Source: Rhynchobatus australiae (lineage: Eukaryota). Taken from it: a stretch of 63,638 nucleotides of DNA. The DNA is taken from NCBI GenBank assembly GCA_034780895.1, contig JAUZTB010000070.1:13346610-13410247 (forward strand), in the 5' to 3' direction. Below the pieces are notes generated by a model. The model was not told the origin of the DNA. It made no database searches and saw only the letters and a program-made list of their open reading frames with translations. The translations under genes and the position numbers were made by a program. Of the stretch, positions 51,886 through 63,638 are shown piece by piece (position 1 is the stretch's first letter; the number at the start of each line of letters is the position of its first letter).

Positions 51886-52775
51886 AGATCAAGTTTATTG
51901 TTGTCATAAGCATATAGGGTATAAATACCATGAAAATTAGCTTTTGCTGCAGCAGCACAGTACGTTACATGATGAGGACAAATGTCAGTTAATATAAACT
52001 TGAATTAACATAACTTGCAAGTGTCCAAAAGTAAACAACAAAATGAACATAATGACACTAGGGCACGATTGAGAGATGGGAATAAAAAATACAGTCAGAG
52101 GTAGTGTTAAGGTGTTTTTTTAGGTGGGTTTCAGAACCTGATGGCAGCGGGGAAGAAGCTGTAGTTGAACCTTGAGATGTTGGTCTTCAGGCTCCTGTAC
52201 CTCCTGCCTGATGGCAGCAATGAGAAGAGGGCATGGCCCAGATGGAGGGGATCCCTGTTGATGGATGCTGCCTTCCTGAGACATCATCTCTTGCAGATGT
52301 CTTCGATGGTGGGGAGAGCTGTACCCGTATGGAACTGGCTGAGTCCACTACTCTGTGTAGCCTCCTGTATTCCTGTGCATTGGAGTTTCCATACCAGGCA
52401 GTGATGCAACCAGTCAGAATTTTTTCCACTGTACATCTCTAGAAATTTGTCAGAGTCTTTGATGACATGTTGAATCTCCTTAAACTCCTAAGAAGGTACA
52501 GATGCTGGTGTGCCATCTTCATGGTTGCATCTNNNNNNNNNNNNNNNNNNNNNNNNNNNNNNNNNNNNNNNNNNNNNNNNNNNNNNNNNNNNNNNNNNNN
52601 NNNNNNNNNNNNNNNNNNNNNNNNNNNNNNNNNNNNNNNTGACTTCCCCTTCCTGAAGTCCACAGTCAGTTCCATGGTCTTGCTGACTTTGAGAGCAAGG
52701 TTGTTATTCTGACATTGCTCAAGCATCTGATCTACCTCATTCCTGTACGCCACCTCGTCACTCTTGTAACCCTGA
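51886..52775 (-). mobile_element. Rex1/Babar-clade LINE 3' portion
   Basis: DEVAYRNEV....CQNNNLALKVSKTMELTVDFRK, AHQHLYLLRSLRRF and ILTGCITAWYGN; 3' tail caataaacttgatctt. Contains an N gap. Confidence 0.85.
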
Positions 52776-53970
52776 GACAATTCAGCAATGATGCAGTTCC
52801 ACATGCACTGCTTATTTTGGAGCATTGCAAAGGAGCCTGGACCACCTGGTAGCGGTGGCATCAGTGGTTGGATGTCCCCGTGGCACCTGGGAGCCCTACA
52901 TCATGGGTATTCCCAGCTGTCATTAAGAACCACACCAACCCCCAGCCAATACTTCCTGACTCTGGCCTCTGATCACTCTTACACACTTGCATGAATATGA
53001 GTCTCCATACAGTTGTATCAATGCACTTGCATCTCACAGTTATATGTACATCAAGCAATACATGGGTAATTCTGATTTTTAGGTATATGCTTCTTGCAAG
53101 TATTTGGAAAAATACTTTTACTGCAGGTAAAACCAGACGATGCCTGGTACTTAGCTGTATTGATAACTCGAATTCTGTACCTGAGGCATTGCATGAAACT
53201 GATGTGGGTTCCATATGTAGCACCATCTTGGTGCATGTTTTCCATGCACGTGAACATTTCTAATACAGTATCGGCTGGCTTACCTCTGGGATTCTTCTGA
53301 TTGGCAATGTCATCAAACTCTTACAGAACATCTTGCAACAATTCACACACTGCAGCAGCTCTCATTTTGTTTGACATTAATCATTAAACAGGGTGGTAAT
53401 TTAAAATTGCTAGCTGTTCTTATCGGTTCTAAATGGGTGTTTTGCTCAACTGCATGCACCAGATTTTTTTTAAATAGGCATGGCAGATAAAAGGCACTTT
53501 GACAACACTCTTGGCGCGTCATTTTATCTGTTTCTATATCTTCAACTACAACCGCTGGCCTGGAGTCTGCTGCACTCGGCAGTTCTTAGCTGCATGCACC
53601 TTCCCTTCTTTTGTTGAAGGCCACAGAGAAAAAAGCAACAGCTGTTTTGCTGCTTCCCTGCTGCTACTTCTAACCCAAGCCACTAAATTCTTTTCCTGTT
53701 CATTTTCATCATCAACCAACTATAGCTCCTGGAGCTGCAACTGGCGCCTGCCTCTCTCTTTCTCCAGTTTGAATCTTAATCTTGGTAAAGATCCTCCCTT
53801 GTCGAGAAGATGGATCCCCTGGTCCTCAGCATATCCCTCCTGTTGACTGGAGATGTGTGCTTTGGTTCTTTGCTCCTAATGTTATTCCTCATCCATCACT
53901 TGCTCTTTGGAAAGAAACACCAATTGCCAAGATTAAAGATCGTCCAAATGTAGAAAGAATTTAAACAAAT

Positions 53971-54537
53971 TTGTCTGATTCTGAGGTAATGTTGTGTTTA
54001 GTACATGCAAGAGTTGCCATAGTCTTGTAGATTGAAAAATCTTGCCNNNNNNNNNNNNNNNNNNNNNNNNNNNNNNNNNNNNNNNNNNNNNNNNNNNNNN
54101 NNNNNNNNNNNNNNNNNNNNNNNNNNNNNNNNNNNNNNNNNNNNNNNNNNNNNNNNNNNNNNNNNNNNNNNNNNNNNNNNNNNNNNNNNNNNNNNNNNNN
54201 NNNNNNNNNNNNNNNNNNNNNNNNNNNNNNNNNNNNNNNNNNNNNNNNNNNNNNNNNNNNNNNNNNNNNNNNNNNNNNNNNNNNNNNNNNNNNNNNNNNN
54301 NNNNNNNNNNNNNNNNNNNNNNNNNCTGGTCTAAACTGCTCCAGTGCAGAAAACAGAGACTGTCCAAATTCGCCAATGATGTAAGATTGCAAGGAACAGG
54401 AAACGCTACCTGGGGTTCCCCATATGATTGCAATATTAAATACCCTGAGATTTGTACCACAGGCAAGATTTTTCAATCTACAAGACTATGGCAACTCTTG
54501 CATGTACTAAACACAACATTACCTCAGAATCAGACAA
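53971..54537. repeat. Perfect 76-bp inverted repeat spanning a 280-N gap
   Basis: 53971-54046 is the exact reverse complement of 54462-54537. Confidence 0.9.
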
Positions 54538-57500
54538 TCATAGTTTCCTGCCTGATCCATTAATTCACTTGGTGCCTTGAAACCTATAATTTGCAGACTT
54601 CACTGTATTCAACAGCAGAGCATCCACAGCACTCTGGGTTGGAGAGTTCTTAAGATTTGCAAACTCCTGAGCCAAGAAATTTCTTTTTCTCTTATTCCTA
54701 AATGTCTGATGTTCTTGTGTTGCAATTACAACCACAGGAAACAGCCTCCCAGCATCTATCCTATGCAAATCCCTTGTGATTTTATATGTTTTGACAACAT
54801 TACATTGCTCTCCTGTCCTCCAGTGAATTAAAGCCCATTCTAATAAATCCTCTTTTTGTAAGAGTGCCTGCTTGTGCTTTCTAGTTTGTGGTGCCTTCTG
54901 TGGTATTTGGAGGTGGAGTTGAGGGGAGGGGAATTCAAAAGGGAGAAACTATTTATTAAGGTGTTTTACCCTCTCTCCCCAACCCTTCACCCTGAGAGGC
55001 AGCATTGAAGTAAGAGGTCTGTCTTCAGCACTTGTAATATCTTATTGTCAGCCTCAAATCATCATCATCATCTTCCAACTGCCTTTGGATAGCATCTTCA
55101 ATGTGGTAAAGTTTACTGGGCTGTAGTTTTTCATGATATTCCCACCAATCAGGAGTAGATCATATTAGCAAGTGCTTTCTCATTTGAGTTGGCATATTGA
55201 ATCCACTGTTTCAAGAGGCTCTTTAAACATCGTGCTGAATGGATAACTCATTCACGTTTGCAAATGAGACCTAAATACCCTACTGGATTCTCTAAATGCT
55301 CCTGTATAGAGTATCTGACTTGAATGCCTTTGTTTTTGAGGGTGGAATGGAAGAGCAGAGGAAAGACAAGAGTCTGTGGTTGGTTATCTCGTTCTTCTCT
55401 GCTGCATGTTGATAGCAGCTGATTTTGCAGTTTTTCTGATAGTACTTACTGCCAAACATATCTAATCATTTTAAGCAAGAAAAACCTCTGGCAGTTGACA
55501 AATTCTGCAAGCAGGAAATTTCAGCACACTTAAAGGAGTTTTTAAGGCTTTGCCCGTTTAGCTTGGAGANNNNNNNNNNNNNNNNNNNNNNNNNNNNNNN
55601 NNNNNNNNNNNNNNNNNNNNNNNNNNNNNNNNNNNNNNNNNNNNNNNNNNNNNNNNNNNNNNNNNNNNNGAGAAACACACTTGCAACCTGTATGTTCATA
55701 GAAACTTCTTAATGATTATTTGGCTTAAGAGGAGGCTGATAGAACTACCTGTCAAAGTTGACAGTGATATTACATCCAAAGTCTGTCTTAACTCTAACCT
55801 AGTGCAAACTGCACAGAAATAGACACCACCGTTGGCATTTTCTTTGGCATTAATCCCTCCATAGAATCTGCAGCTGCCTCTTTTGGTGATGGTTTTGAGG
55901 AAGATGATGTTAGCTGGAATAATATAATGTGATTACAACTTTATACCATTGCATTTGAAGGAATAATGTACTACATGGAATTTGACACACATGGCTTCCT
56001 CCAGTGAAAGCTGCTATTAGTCAAGGGTATGTCTGGCCAGTGGTTAACAGAGCATAAAGGATTCAGTTTTAAGAAGTCTTTAGCTAGGAGGGGTGTAGGG
56101 GAGGTATTGTAGAATGGTACCATTTTGAAAGAAATCCACTTTGTGGAGCAACTACAGAAAGCTGGGATATTCTCCTTGGAATAAAGATTAAAGGCAATAG
56201 AACGATTTTTGATAGAATAAATAAGGAGACACTTTTCAGTGATCAAAGAGTCACTAACTAGAGTACTAAATTTGAGATAATTGGTTAAAGTATGGGAGGT
56301 GACAATGAGGTTTTGCTTTAAAACATCAAGATATTTTGTATTCTGCTATTGCTTTTCCCCTGTACTACCTCAATATACTGATGTGAAATGACATGTATGG
56401 ATGCCGTGCAAAACAAAGTTTTTCCACTGTACCCTGCTACAGGTGAACATAATGAACCATTTACCAATATTATGGTCTGAAATGCACTTTCTAAGAGTAT
56501 GATGGAAGCAAGTTCACAAATCGTTTTCAAAAAATAATTGGAAAATGGAGCACTCGGTGAAAAGACCATGGGTGAGGGTTGATGATGGAGTTGGGAAAGG
56601 TCACCTGTAGCACAGCATTCCATGATTTGATTAAATCTACTTTCACACTCCAATCAATAAAAGTTGAAATTAGTTCTACAAAGGGTTGGCTGTAGAGAGT
56701 GGATTTGGAAACAATCATTTGAAGTTATCCAACTCCTGCCCCATCCATCAGCCAGTGGGAATTCAGAACAAGATCTATGTTGAAGAGGTGAATAGCCAAA
56801 CCTTTTTTTCTATGTCTCTAGATAAATGCACCATTTCCTCAAAAGGTATACCTAGACCTTTGTAGCTCATGCTCATCTCTGTCATAGGCATTGGCTGATG
56901 TAGATAAATGATTAGAATGTGTCCCTGCATCGTGTGTATATAATTCATCATATAATTATTTCATTCAGATAATACACTGTCTCTCACCTCAGTAGATGTC
57001 CTTGAGCTCCTCCCCACAGTGGAAATCATGATGTTAATTCTGAGCCTTCTATCTATAATCTCCAAATGTAAGAATGGACTTACATTGAACTCCTCACAAC
57101 AAATTAATCAGGTAATCCCAGAACATGATTTAACTCACTGGGAAGAGTTAGTCCAGCCGAGGACCTCATGGCCATAGCCACTTGTTAAAACCGATTGCAA
57201 TTTTTCTATGTCTTAGCTACATTGAAGTCCCAGAGAATGGCATTTATCATTTTGGGTTTCTGCTTTTAAAAAAAGATGTGCCTGACCAGCAATCTGTGTC
57301 TGGTAACAGATTGGAGCTATTTCTTCAGCCACCTTTTGATAAGAACTTTTGAAAACCTGGGCATTTGATCTTCCCAGTAAACTTTAAAATCAAGACTGTC
57401 TCGGATGGAAGACTGCTTGACAATATGCAAATAAATACATGGAGATATACTGGTACTCTACCTAATATTCATCCCTCAAACAATAGAAAAGACGTATCAA

Positions 57501-57605
57501 ATAATTAAGTTGTCCAGTGTATTGAAGGTAGCGGAATATTTCTATGCCATATATGGGTAATGCATTGACATGCAATACAGCAGAAGTCATCTACTATATT
57601 CGATC

Positions 57606-58197
57606 TGTTACATGCCAGCAATAGTAGAAACACATCGAGATGTGTACAAGTGTTAAAACTGTTTTATTAATAACTATTTGTAATAATAAGAAAAGGAAAA
57701 ACGTTAGATTTCAAACATAATCCGCAAAACTAAACTCAAAGTGTGTGTGTGGCAAATACCCAAACCCCAAGTCTAGGAATAGTTCTCAAAGTTCATTTCA
57801 GCACGTCATCAGGTGAAACATGAGCAAAGGCTTTTGCAAAACCACCATTGACTGAAGAGATAATGTAGAGAGAATATAGAGAGAAATTATGAAAACCATA
57901 TGTTCCACGATGGAACCCATACGACACCTCAATCTCCAATGATCTCTATTGCTTTGTTCCAAAGTGTCTGCCACCCCAAAGGCATTCGAGACGTGGCAGC
58001 CCACACAAATACTTGTTTCCCACTACAGGATAACGACAAAGTGGACTCCACTTGTTCGCTCCAAAAATCCATACATGGATTGTAGTGACAGACACGGCTA
58101 TTGTTCTTCATCCATTGTTACAGAAACCAGCAGTCAGTCGGTCTCTCACTCTCTCAGCAAAACCGTCAGCACGTTATTATCTTGCTCTCTGGATGAC

Positions 58198-58237
<40 letters not shown>

Positions 58238-58309
58238 CACTCACACTACTACTCTACTGTCCAGGTGCCTTAAAGGGACATTCACCAAATAGCAACCTGA
58301 CCCGTAACA
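57606..58309 (-). mobile_element. Probable solo LTR (704 bp, Ty3/Gypsy-like)
   Basis: Termini TGTTAC...GTAACA (TG..CA, 6-bp inverted). Flanks gatc/gaac form a 4-bp TSD with one mismatch. Minus-strand AATAAA about 55 bp from the left end; more CpGs than the flanks. Confidence 0.6.
58199..58235. repeat. (AC)n microsatellite inside the putative LTR
   Basis: Direct reading. Confidence 0.95.
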
Positions 58310-59499
58310 GAACTGCTTTGGAATGTATCAGATTCCACATAAATCAATGTTTCTTCAATTGAGCAGTGGGGGCAGTAATGAGCAGCACCTCCTAGACAAG
58401 TTATGACAGAGCAAAATACAGCAACAAGTTTTGTTGTCTCCCAGAGTTATCAAAGCCCATGTTCAAGAATGACTTACAAGCTTTGTGTATCATTCATACG
58501 TTGGTGTCTTCTGGGTGACCATTGCCTTACAAAGATAGATTATTTGTTGTGCCCCTTTTATCATCCGGGGTGCAGTGCAAGGTTGCCCTCGGGTTCATGG
58601 CAACATTGGAATGTCACACAGTTGCATGCATTTTAGTCCCTACTTTGCTATTCAGACATAATGAGCTGTCAATGGACTGTCCCTCAGTGGAAGAATTATT
58701 GATTAAGATTAATAAGTTTCTTTCTCTGTCACAATCTAACATTTTCTCCAAACAAGGCAGAATTTTTCTACCCTAAATATTGCTCATGGCGGGGGGGTTG
58801 GCGGGGGCTGGAGGGAAGAACAATAGTTAAGTTGAATATGAAACTAGTTCCTCATGCAGAAAAGGTTCAAGATGGTCACAACAATAAGTTATTCAGGCAT
58901 TATGCCCAGAAAGTCAGGCCTCAGTCACAGGACTAAAAGATGTCAACTTTCATATATAGTTTAATATATCAATAAACTGGAATGTTTTCAAAGACCATGC
59001 TGCTTTGTCCTTGAAAACTGAATCTCTCGGGGACAAGCTTCTATCATATGTCTAGGAGTTTTTGTAAAGTACTTGCAGTTAATACTGAGTGCTGGAATTA
59101 TATTGTGTTTATCTGGGTGATTTTTTTCCAAAAGACCCATTTTACAGTTGTACAGCCTTTCCTTGATTTATGAAAGGCATGTGTTCCTGGACAACATTTT
59201 AATAAGTGAAATTTCATAAAGTGAGATGAAATGCATTATGGGTGTCTTGATATTGGCTATTCCTATGGGTGCCAGAGCAGAAAGTAGCTTCGTAACTTGA
59301 TGACACATATCCCAAGAAGTGAAAGTTGTCATAGTGAAAATTTCAGAACTCAAATGTTTGCACATCTAGGAGTTATTTCACATCAGATTCACATTAGCGT
59401 TAAGAGCTTGATGCCTTTAGAAGTCCAACTGTTCTTCCTACTAAACTCATTCGTGATGCTTAAAGATCTCCAGCTGACAAAAGGAAAGAAAGAAAGAAT

Positions 59500-59730
59500 T
59501 GTAATTGTGTCATGTCTTAGAGTACCTTGGGCTGTCCTATAGTGCTCTGTCAGCAAAGTACCTTTGAAGAGTAGTCATTGTTGTAACGTGAGGTGTAATA
59601 CAGCAGGCTGATATATGCACAGCACAGGTTTGGCAGTGAAGAAGTAATTTTGCCTTTCATGATGTTGATTAAAGGATTAATATTGGCCAGGAAACCCTGA
59701 GTAACCCTACATTCTTCAAATTGCCATCCA
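59500..59730 (-). mobile_element. Deu-domain SINE fragment
   Basis: aagtacctttgaagagtagtcattgttgtaa...atgttgattaaaggattaatattggccagga is the complement of the Deu domain and tail. Confidence 0.6.
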
Positions 59731-60360
59731 CAAGAGAAATGGGAATGGTTGAAGGAAGATCTGAAAGAGGCCCTTCTGTGGCTCCCAGTTCATTCTCCCG
59801 CTTTGTTTATGAGTGCACCCTAATTTCAACCAGCAAAAGTTAATTTATTATCATTGGGTCACACTTGGTAGTCCTAAATGAGCCTTTAGTTGAGGCCTAT
59901 TTTAACTCTTGCCGCAGCTGACACTACTAGCACAAACATTGTAGAGACATACAGTAGAGGCTGTGCAACCCAATGTGTTTATGATGAGCACAAAAAAAAT
60001 TATTTAATCTAAGCAGACATCCCAGGTCTCAGTTGGTGGACCTAGCAAAGACGTACCAGGTTGCTTTTGAAATGTGATGAGAATTTTGCCTGTCAGCACC
60101 TGTCCAGCGAGCGAATTCCAGGACCCTGAAATTCTCATTTCACTCATTTCTGTGTTGAATTTCATCTGCCGTACCTACTACCCGCATCACCAACTTGTCA
60201 ATGTCCTCTTGGAGTTTATGCAGGTTATTGATGATTTTAAAGCTCTTCTTACAGTCAAAACAGTTGCAAGGTTTCTTGGTGATGGGAACAAAGTGGTATG
60301 CAATGAGGTGAATAAACATATGAATCTCTCTTCCTATATCAGGCAGCTTATCAGCAGCAA

Positions 60361-60450
60361 TAACAGTCTCTCTTGAATATACATATGCTGGTATCTTTGC
60401 AGATGTGATTATTGAGGGAACTCCTTTCCACAGACAGAGCAGGTAAATGG
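60361..60450 (-). pseudogene. Degenerate C2H2 zinc-finger fragment
   Basis: Minus frame [28 protein letters not shown] versus the canonical [29 protein letters not shown]; stop codon present and both His ligands lost. Confidence 0.65.
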
Positions 60451-61854
60451 TGTATCTGGTGTGACAGCAACCTGTATGAAACAGGAAATCCCTTCCTAGG
60501 GTCAATGCTTGTCTATAAAGCTCCATTCACAGGGTAAATGAATGACAATAACCTAGCACTAGGAACAATTGGCTCAGGATCATTTCCAAACCAGAGCATG
60601 AGGCCAGCAGCATAGATCTGGTTGAACAAAGTCATGGCGATCTGGTACATCAAGAAACGGGGAAGATTTATAGACCCTCTCAAGAAGTGGATTCATATGC
60701 TCCAACTAATCCCTTATGATCAATGTCAAAGTNNNNNNNNNNNNNNNNNAGATTGAATGACCTAGTGTGGATGGGCATCATAGTAAGTATTCTAATGAAT
60801 TCCTCGAAAAGAAATTCTTCAGCAATATTATATGGAAAATATATGGAAATCTGGCACATTTCAAATATACTGTCCTGTTCGTATTTCATCTTTTGCCCTA
60901 GGATCATTCAGAAGAATTTTAGGCTAAGTAGTGCCTGGATACTTTAAATTGATGATAAGCCATTCCTGTATTTCTGCTTGAAGACAGAACAATCTCTATG
61001 AGCTGAGCAATTTCTTCTTTTGATATAAAGATTCATCAAAGCCTTTCTTCAGTTGCATAAAGTAATGGACACATATGATCACTTTGATAAAGTGATCACA
61101 ACCCTTCGTCTGTAGCCATGCAATTTTTTTCCATTTTTGTGTATCTCTTTTATTTCCCTTGCCCATTCCAAGTATTAGTCTAATAAACCTCTGGACTGTT
61201 TCCAGTGCATCAACGTCTTTAAGTAAGGAGACCAGTACTGTACATAGTGTTCAGATGTGGTCTCAGCAGTGCTCTGTATTACTGAAGTACAATCTCCTAA
61301 CTTTTGTATTCAATTCACCTTGTAATAAACGATAACTTTCTGTTGATCACTTTCCTTGGCACATCCACCAAATTGGGCTTAGCATAGAAGGGAACAAAGT
61401 TCTTTGTCGTGATGATCTTCATGTTTTGGAATGGCTGTCATTTGTTCCAAGTGGCTTCAAACTGAGTACACATTGGGAGTTTTTCAGTCTGCTTTTACGT
61501 TTGCTTTATTAGAGGAATATTGCTTCAGAGCTGCTCTGGACATTTTTTTTAGAAATTGTGCTCAGTGGACTATCACATATGGAACTTAAATTTATTTTTC
61601 AAATGCTTGTCATTTCCACCATCTTAGTCTCCCGTACTCTGTGCCGTCATGTTTTGTTTTAGAAGGAAACTAGATTCTGGAATTAATGAACTCAGGCCCT
61701 TATTGTAGAATATATGTATTTAATTTGTCAGTTCGACTAAAGTGGTCCTAACAGCTCATTCAGAATTGGGTCTCAAGTTCATTTGTGTCATGGGATTGTT
61801 GTTCTATTGCTTTGCTTGCCACCACACCAGTTGGAAGAGGATCCTCATTTTCAA

Positions 61855-61985
61855 GTGAAAGGTCTTGACTTAAGACATTGACGGGCCATTTCCCTCCACA
61901 GATGTTGCCTGACCGGCTGAGTTCCTCCAGTAGTTTGTTTTTTTGCTCCAGATTCCAGCATCTGCAGTCTCTCGTGCCTCTGTCT
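61855..61985 (+). mobile_element. Penelope-derived short insertion with 10-bp TSD
   Basis: TCATTTTCAA at 61845-61854 and 61986-61995 flank ...ccatttccctccacagatgttgcctgaccggctgagttcctccag...ccagcatctgcagtctctcgtgcctc. Confidence 0.78.
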
Positions 61986-63154
61986 TCATTTTCAATATAT
62001 AGTTGCTCACTGACACCGACTTAGTTTCTTTTTGCACAGAGAAGTGCAGAGCCTTTTATATTTCTTGTGATGCAAAGAAAGTAAGCAGTTCTCTTACCAA
62101 GCATCACACACTTAAGTATATTGCAGAATGTATACCATCTTCTAAGGTGGAACCAACCCTAAGGGGCAGATGAAAGGATGTTTGAAATTATTCCGTGTTC
62201 TGGAATATCTTGATCAGATCTGTAAAGCAGACTTGTGGAGTGTTCATCAAGCACATAATAATCATTGCCATTTGGCTTTGACTGCCACATTCAGTGGTGT
62301 TGCTAATCTTAATGATTTGTCCATCTGAATTTCTACAAGTTCAGTGGGCTGTAAGGTTGCTAAGTGAAAAAGTGATATATGCATCATTTAGGATTGTCCT
62401 CATCACTTAATTATCAGCAGCCACTACAATCGATCATTATTTTTTCCTAGACACATGGGCTTTGGGTTTCAGGATTAAGAATCATTTAGTTAGTTTTAGA
62501 TGTTAAGAAAACTGTTGCCTTGTTTACTTAAGATAGAACATGCAGCAGCCTGGAAACATATTAATATTTATGTAGGACACATTTATCTACATTAATTTCC
62601 CCAGTCCTAGTCAACCAAGTAATCATTTGAACAATTGAGAAGATTTTACAAGAGACGTAATATATTTATAGCTATCATTGTGTCACCATTACATCCGGTA
62701 TTTGCTCAAGTTGTAGGAGCTCATTAACCTTCAAATGATGCTCACTGTGAACATTGTGTAACAGGCTCTGAAATTGTGCCCATGAGCTCATTTGTCATTG
62801 GGGGCATTCGTTAACATCTTAGAACATGTAGTTCAAATTGTTCTCCATCACATGGTCTCAGACTGAAGCAATGCTTGTGGTTATGTTGTTTCCTTTCAAA
62901 TCTCTTATCTACAGTTAACAGCTCATTTTCCCAGAAAAAAGCTGGGGTCCTTTGGCCTCACTAGCACTCAGTTCCATCTTCAGATAAGCAACCTCCCTTA
63001 CGTGCATCCACTAAGATAACTTGTCTTACTGTCCATAATCATTTTTCCTGTGAGGAAATTAGCCAAATGCCTGCCAAAAATCCAAGTAAACTGTGTGCGT
63101 TGGACTTTTATCTAACTCTAATTATCTTCTCAGAGAAATGTAGTCACTTATTCA

Positions 63155-63638
63155 TGATACAGGAACCTGTAGCACTCTTGCTAAAAGTTGTGGGTTCAAG
63201 TTCCACTCAGGGGAGTGGGGGACAACTCGTGTAGCACTGATAGAAGGTGTTGTCCTTTGAATGTTAAGGGCCAGACTTACTCCAGGTAGATATACAGGAT
63301 CTCTGGGAACTTTCTTGAAGAGGAACAGGACATCTATTGCTAGCACAACACACGATGAGCTGGAGGAACTCAGCGGGTCAGGCAGCATCTATGGAGGGAA
63401 ATGGACAGTGGACATTTCGGGTCGAGGCCCCTCATTAGGACTGGAAAGAAAGGGGGAAGATAGCCAGTGTAAAATGGTGGAGGAAGGGGTGGAGCAAGAG
63501 CTGGTGGGTGATAGGTGTCCTGGTCTATTGCTGGCATCCTGGCCAATGTTGATCTTTTAATCAACGTTACTAACAAAAAGGGTATTGGGTTATAATCAAT
63601 TTTCTCTTATGAGGTCATGCCCTCTTCTCATTACTACC
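63155..63638 (+). mobile_element. Deu-domain SINE interrupted by a Penelope-derived insertion
   Basis: Head gttgtgggttcaagttccactc; the body resumes after the insertion with tcctggccaatgttgat. Confidence 0.6.
63346..63523 (-). mobile_element. Penelope-derived short insertion with 13-bp TSD and near-complete hammerhead motif
   Basis: TSD tctattgctagca (63333-63345) and tctattgctggca (63524-63536). Minus strand of 63406-63443 reads CAGTC CTAATGA G GGGCC TC GACCC GAAA TGTC CACTG. Confidence 0.8.

Noticed and set aside
61076-61098. 10-bp hairpin TGATCACTTT-GAT-AAAGTGATCA
   Set aside because: Short, AT-rich and within decayed repeat sequence; no supporting context.
45561-63638. Search for MLLT1 exon 3 (VCKEPPYKVEESGYAGF)
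   Set aside because: Not seen. It is probably downstream of the window, although it could be hidden in an N gap.
1-63638. CRISPR arrays, operons, tRNA or rRNA genes, intact transposases or intact reverse transcriptases
   Set aside because: The window is eukaryotic intron-rich DNA. tRNA-like boxes belong to SINE heads, all RT frames are disrupted, and there is no regularly spaced repeat-spacer array.

Overview
Vertebrate nuclear DNA, most likely from an elasmobranch (shark or ray), judged from its repeat set: HE1-like V-SINEs, Deu-domain SINEs, CR1, L2, Rex-Babar, RTE, Tx1 and Penelope-like elements. It is a gapped short-read style scaffold. Two + strand genes lie head-to-tail. The first is alkaline ceramidase 1 (ACER1), with coding exons 2-6 at 1822-12848; exon 1 was not found and is probably upstream of the window. 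The second is MLLT1/ENL, with a CpG-island promoter at about 19.8-20.5 kb, a 12-nt first coding exon, a 25-kb intron 1 and the YEATS-domain exon 2 at 45380-45560; the rest lies beyond the window. Almost all listed ORFs are spurious or decayed transposon frames. I see no clearly new biological system. The most interesting signals are: (1) about 15 short Penelope-derived repeats whose reconstructed consensus is a minimal hammerhead ribozyme, some with target-site duplications (TSDs) or in inverted pairs; (2) a Tx1-clade LINE with a 5' inversion that fits twin-priming; (3) a solo LTR; (4) a decayed C2H2 zinc-finger fragment; (5) a perfect 76-bp inverted repeat across a gap; (6) candidate CTCF, NF-Y, NF-kB and Pbx-Hox/Meis sites. 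Repeat boundaries are read by eye and approximate. Family names and comparisons to human proteins are from memory, not from a database search.
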